From: Azolla caroliniana
Lineage: Eukaryota > Plantae > Polypodiophyta
Length of the DNA stretch: 64,000 nt
Reading direction: 5' to 3'
Assembly: GCA_043228905.1 (NCBI GenBank)
Contig: JBHGNT010000009.1
Coordinates: forward strand, 14,880,001 to 14,944,000
Part shown: positions 61,160 through 64,000 of the stretch, one piece after another
How the letters are laid out: each line of letters starts with the position of its first letter
Numbering within the stretch: the stretch's first letter is position 1
Translations under genes and position numbers: made by a program
Notes under the pieces: generated by a model
What the model was told of the DNA's origin: nothing
Database searches by the model: none
Seen by the model: the letters and a program-made list of their open reading frames with translations, nothing else

Positions 61160-63360
61160 TGTAAAAAGAACAACGTGTGGAAGCAACAGAAAACCAAACG
61201 TAAGAAAAACACAGGTTTAATGGAAATATTGGACACACACAATACGCAGGAGAGACAAAGATAAAGAGTCAATACACACACAACTTTTTCAAAAATAATA
61301 CTCAATCTGTACATAGGATGTGCTTAGTGAGCACTTTTATACAAGTCCATACGGACTAATAGAAGTGCTGACACGTACTTCAATGCTCATAAATGAGCTC
61401 TACACTAAATTCCAAAATATATTCCTACGCGGAATATCTTTCCAACAGCCTCGTGGTTTACGCACCGTTACAATTTCTTGTTGCGCACCAGTTTGCGCAC
61501 CGGTTTACGCATTGGTCCAGCCTAACCGATCGGTCCCAACCGATCCGGTTCTCGGCTTGCATAGCCGATGCGGCCAATGTTGAGCTTGTATCTCAACACT
61601 CCCCCTCAAGCTCAACTTGAGGCTCTTCTGGTTCCTCTGGATCACCACTCCGGTTCCTTTTGGCTTCACACCTCGCTCGTGCTCCTCGTCCTGTTCGATT
61701 CCGCGCGCCTCGACCCTTCCGGTCGGCGTATGTGCTCGTGTGGCCCTTCTCAGCTCCCTTGCTGTCGCGGTGTTGGCACCTCTTCGGCTGCCGTTTCTTC
61801 CTCTTGGCCCTTGGTTGATTTGGCGTCTCCGAATCAAACATCCGAACCGAATCAGCTTCCTACGATCGATTTTCGCTCTCATCCGAGTTGGCTTCAACTA
61901 CCCCATGCTTGGCTTGCGTCGGCTCTTTCTTTCGGCTGCTTCCCTCACGTCCTCTTTTGGAGTCTCTCGCGGATCCGCCCTGGGCTTCTTCAGCCAACCT
62001 AAAATCGAATTCGTCATCCGACTCGGCGTCATGGTCTCTTCCGCTCCTTTCTTGCTTCCTTCCATGGTCTTCCGGGACTTCTCTCCCCCTCAAGTTCGGC
62101 AAATCGCGGTGTTGCAACCCAAGTGCACCCGAGAATTGCTCCAACTTGATGAGACCAAGGGGCTTGGTGAAAATGTTGGCGGTCTGCCGATCCGTCGGAA
62201 CATACTAAAGTTCGACATCACCGGAGAGGACATGCTCGTGGACAAAGTAAAGTGGTAGTGCACCTCAATGTGCTTAGTCCGGGCGTGGAAGTCAGGGTTC
62301 TTCGCTAACTGGATGCTACTGAGGTTGTCGTAGTAGATCGTCGTCAGATCAGACACCTCCACCTGCAGATCCTGAAGTAGTCGTTTCAGCTAGATGGCTT
62401 CGCATGTTGGACAACCGCTCCTCTATACTCGGCTTCGGTGCTTGACAGGGCAATTGTCGTCTGCTTCTTGCTACTCCACGCAATCGCGACGCTCCCAAGA
62501 GAGAACGCGAATCTGGATGTGGATCGGCGATCGCCGGCGTTTCCGACCCAATCAGCATCGGTGTAGCCTACTAACTGCGTGGTAGTATCGGTCTGATATA
62601 GTAGCCCCTGGTCCTTAGTGCCACTGACGTACCGGAGTACGCGTTGTGCGCACTAAAGGTGCTCCTCGGTTGGCCGCGCCATGAACTGACTAATCACACC
62701 GACCGGGTAGCTGATGTCTGGTCGAGTGATAGTCAAGTATATGAGGCTTCTGACAATCTGTCGGAACCTCTTCGGGTCGCAAACCTTTCCGTAGTCGGGG
62801 CGAAGCTTGACGGTTCTATCTAGAGGAGTCGAGACAGAATTACAATCTGCCATCCTGAACTTGAAGAGCATACTCATCACGTAATGTTGTTGGCTTATCA
62901 GTATGCCTTTGGGGGTATGGATCACTTTGATCCCGAGGAAGTAATGAAGGTCCCCCAGGTCCGTCATGTCAAATGATGCCGCGAGCTAGAGCTTTACACA
63001 GTCAATTTAACCTAGGTCAGCGCCGGTGATGACCAAGCCATCAACATAAAGTAAAATACTAACCGGCATGAGTCGACCTTTCTGAATGAACAGTGAAGAG
63101 TCCGATTTTCGCGTTCCAAGCACGCGGGGCTTGCTTTAGTCCGTAAAGGGACTTCTTCAACCGGCAGACCGCCGAGGTGTTCATTCCGGAGTGAAATCCA
63201 AGGGGTTGTACCATGTACACCTATTCCTCAAGCTCGCCTTGCAGGAATGCATTCTTGAGATCCATCTGATGTAACACAAATGTCTCATCGTAGTCGATGC
63301 CATGTTGTTACGCGTAGCCTTTCGCTACTAACCGGACCTTGTATCAATTCACCGAGCCAT
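61160..63360 (-). mobile_element. Ty1/Copia element Copia-B (relative of Copia-A): RT-RH, C-terminal extension, 3' LTR 61160-61598
   Basis: LTR start TGTTGAGATACAAGCTCAACATTGG shared with Copia-A; MTDLGDLHYFLG, LIYLTITRPDI, YDNLSSIQLAKNP..HARTKHIEVHYHF. Confidence 0.9.
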
Positions 63361-64000
63361 GTCTGATTCTAATGAATCGAGTCCATTTCGAATTTCATGG
63401 ATTGTAGCCATGTTTCGGCGTCCGGTGTGGCTATAGCTTCTTCATACGTGCTTGGTTCATCAGCATCCGTGTAGTTGACATAGTCGAGGCCCGGTTGATA
63501 AAACTCTGTTGGCCTTCGAGCTCGTCCAGATCTCTTGGGTGCCGTAATATCTGGTTCGGATCCGTCAATCAGTTCCGATTGAAGATTGGTATTTGTTGAA
63601 CCAGTTGTGTCAGGAGTCTTGTTAGGTGTCCCACCCCTGCGGTTGTCGTCGACTCTTTTCTAACTTGTCTCTTTGTGACTTTACATGTATCGATCCTTGT
63701 CGATTCAGTTGTGTCGACTTTGTCTTTGAGTTTGATGATAGGACTTGTTGTTGATTTGGTGTCGGTAGGGAAGCTGGCAACTTGTTGGAGTTCGACTGTT
63801 TGTCGAGTCTCCGATTCGGCCCGGTTGGTTGGTCCTTCTACGACAGTGTTGTAATCTTTGAAGGATACCTTCTTACAAACTGTTCTCTGTTGGTTCCGCT
63901 GAGAGAAGATAGATTCTTCATTGAAGACTACGTCGTTGCTCCGGATCAATTTCCGGTTCTCAGGGTCCCATAGCCGGTAGCCGAAGTCCCCATCGGTTCC
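63361..64000 (-). mobile_element. Copia fragment of another lineage (Tork/Tnt1-like integrase C-terminus and RT start), running off the window
   Basis: DFGYRLWDP..IRSNDVVFNEE; EPSTYEEAI..W..SMK.EMDSIH. Confidence 0.7.

Overview
Eukaryotic land-plant nuclear DNA; the TE types and CpG decay suggest a fern or other non-seed plant (inference). The only host gene is the first coding exon of Mediator subunit MED14 (minus strand, 2792-3013; the rest lies left of the window). Its intron holds a decayed mitochondrial-type tRNA-Phe, and a Mutator-like MITE sits in its promoter. The remaining ~60 kb is nested transposons: Ty1/Copia elements, an Athila/Tat-like remnant, a chromovirus, a near-intact RTEX-like LINE, and five members of one tRNA-Trp-primed Ty3/Gypsy lineage. 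Main signals read from the sequence: (1) LINE ORF1 and ORF2 are in frame, separated by one UAG with no AUG for ORF2, and the 15 nt just after the UAG can pair fully with the 3' UTR 3.4 kb away, competing with a 3' hairpin; this is a candidate virus-like long-range readthrough switch. (2) All five Trp-primed Gypsy insertions have 4-bp target duplications centred on CG. (3) Three of them conserve a G GAU UUU UAG -1 frameshift plus a covarying pseudoknot placed after protease. (4) Four share a covarying hairpin before an atypical PPT. (5) Paired tRNA-like A/B-box modules lie inside several LTRs. Family names come from motif recognition, not database searches.
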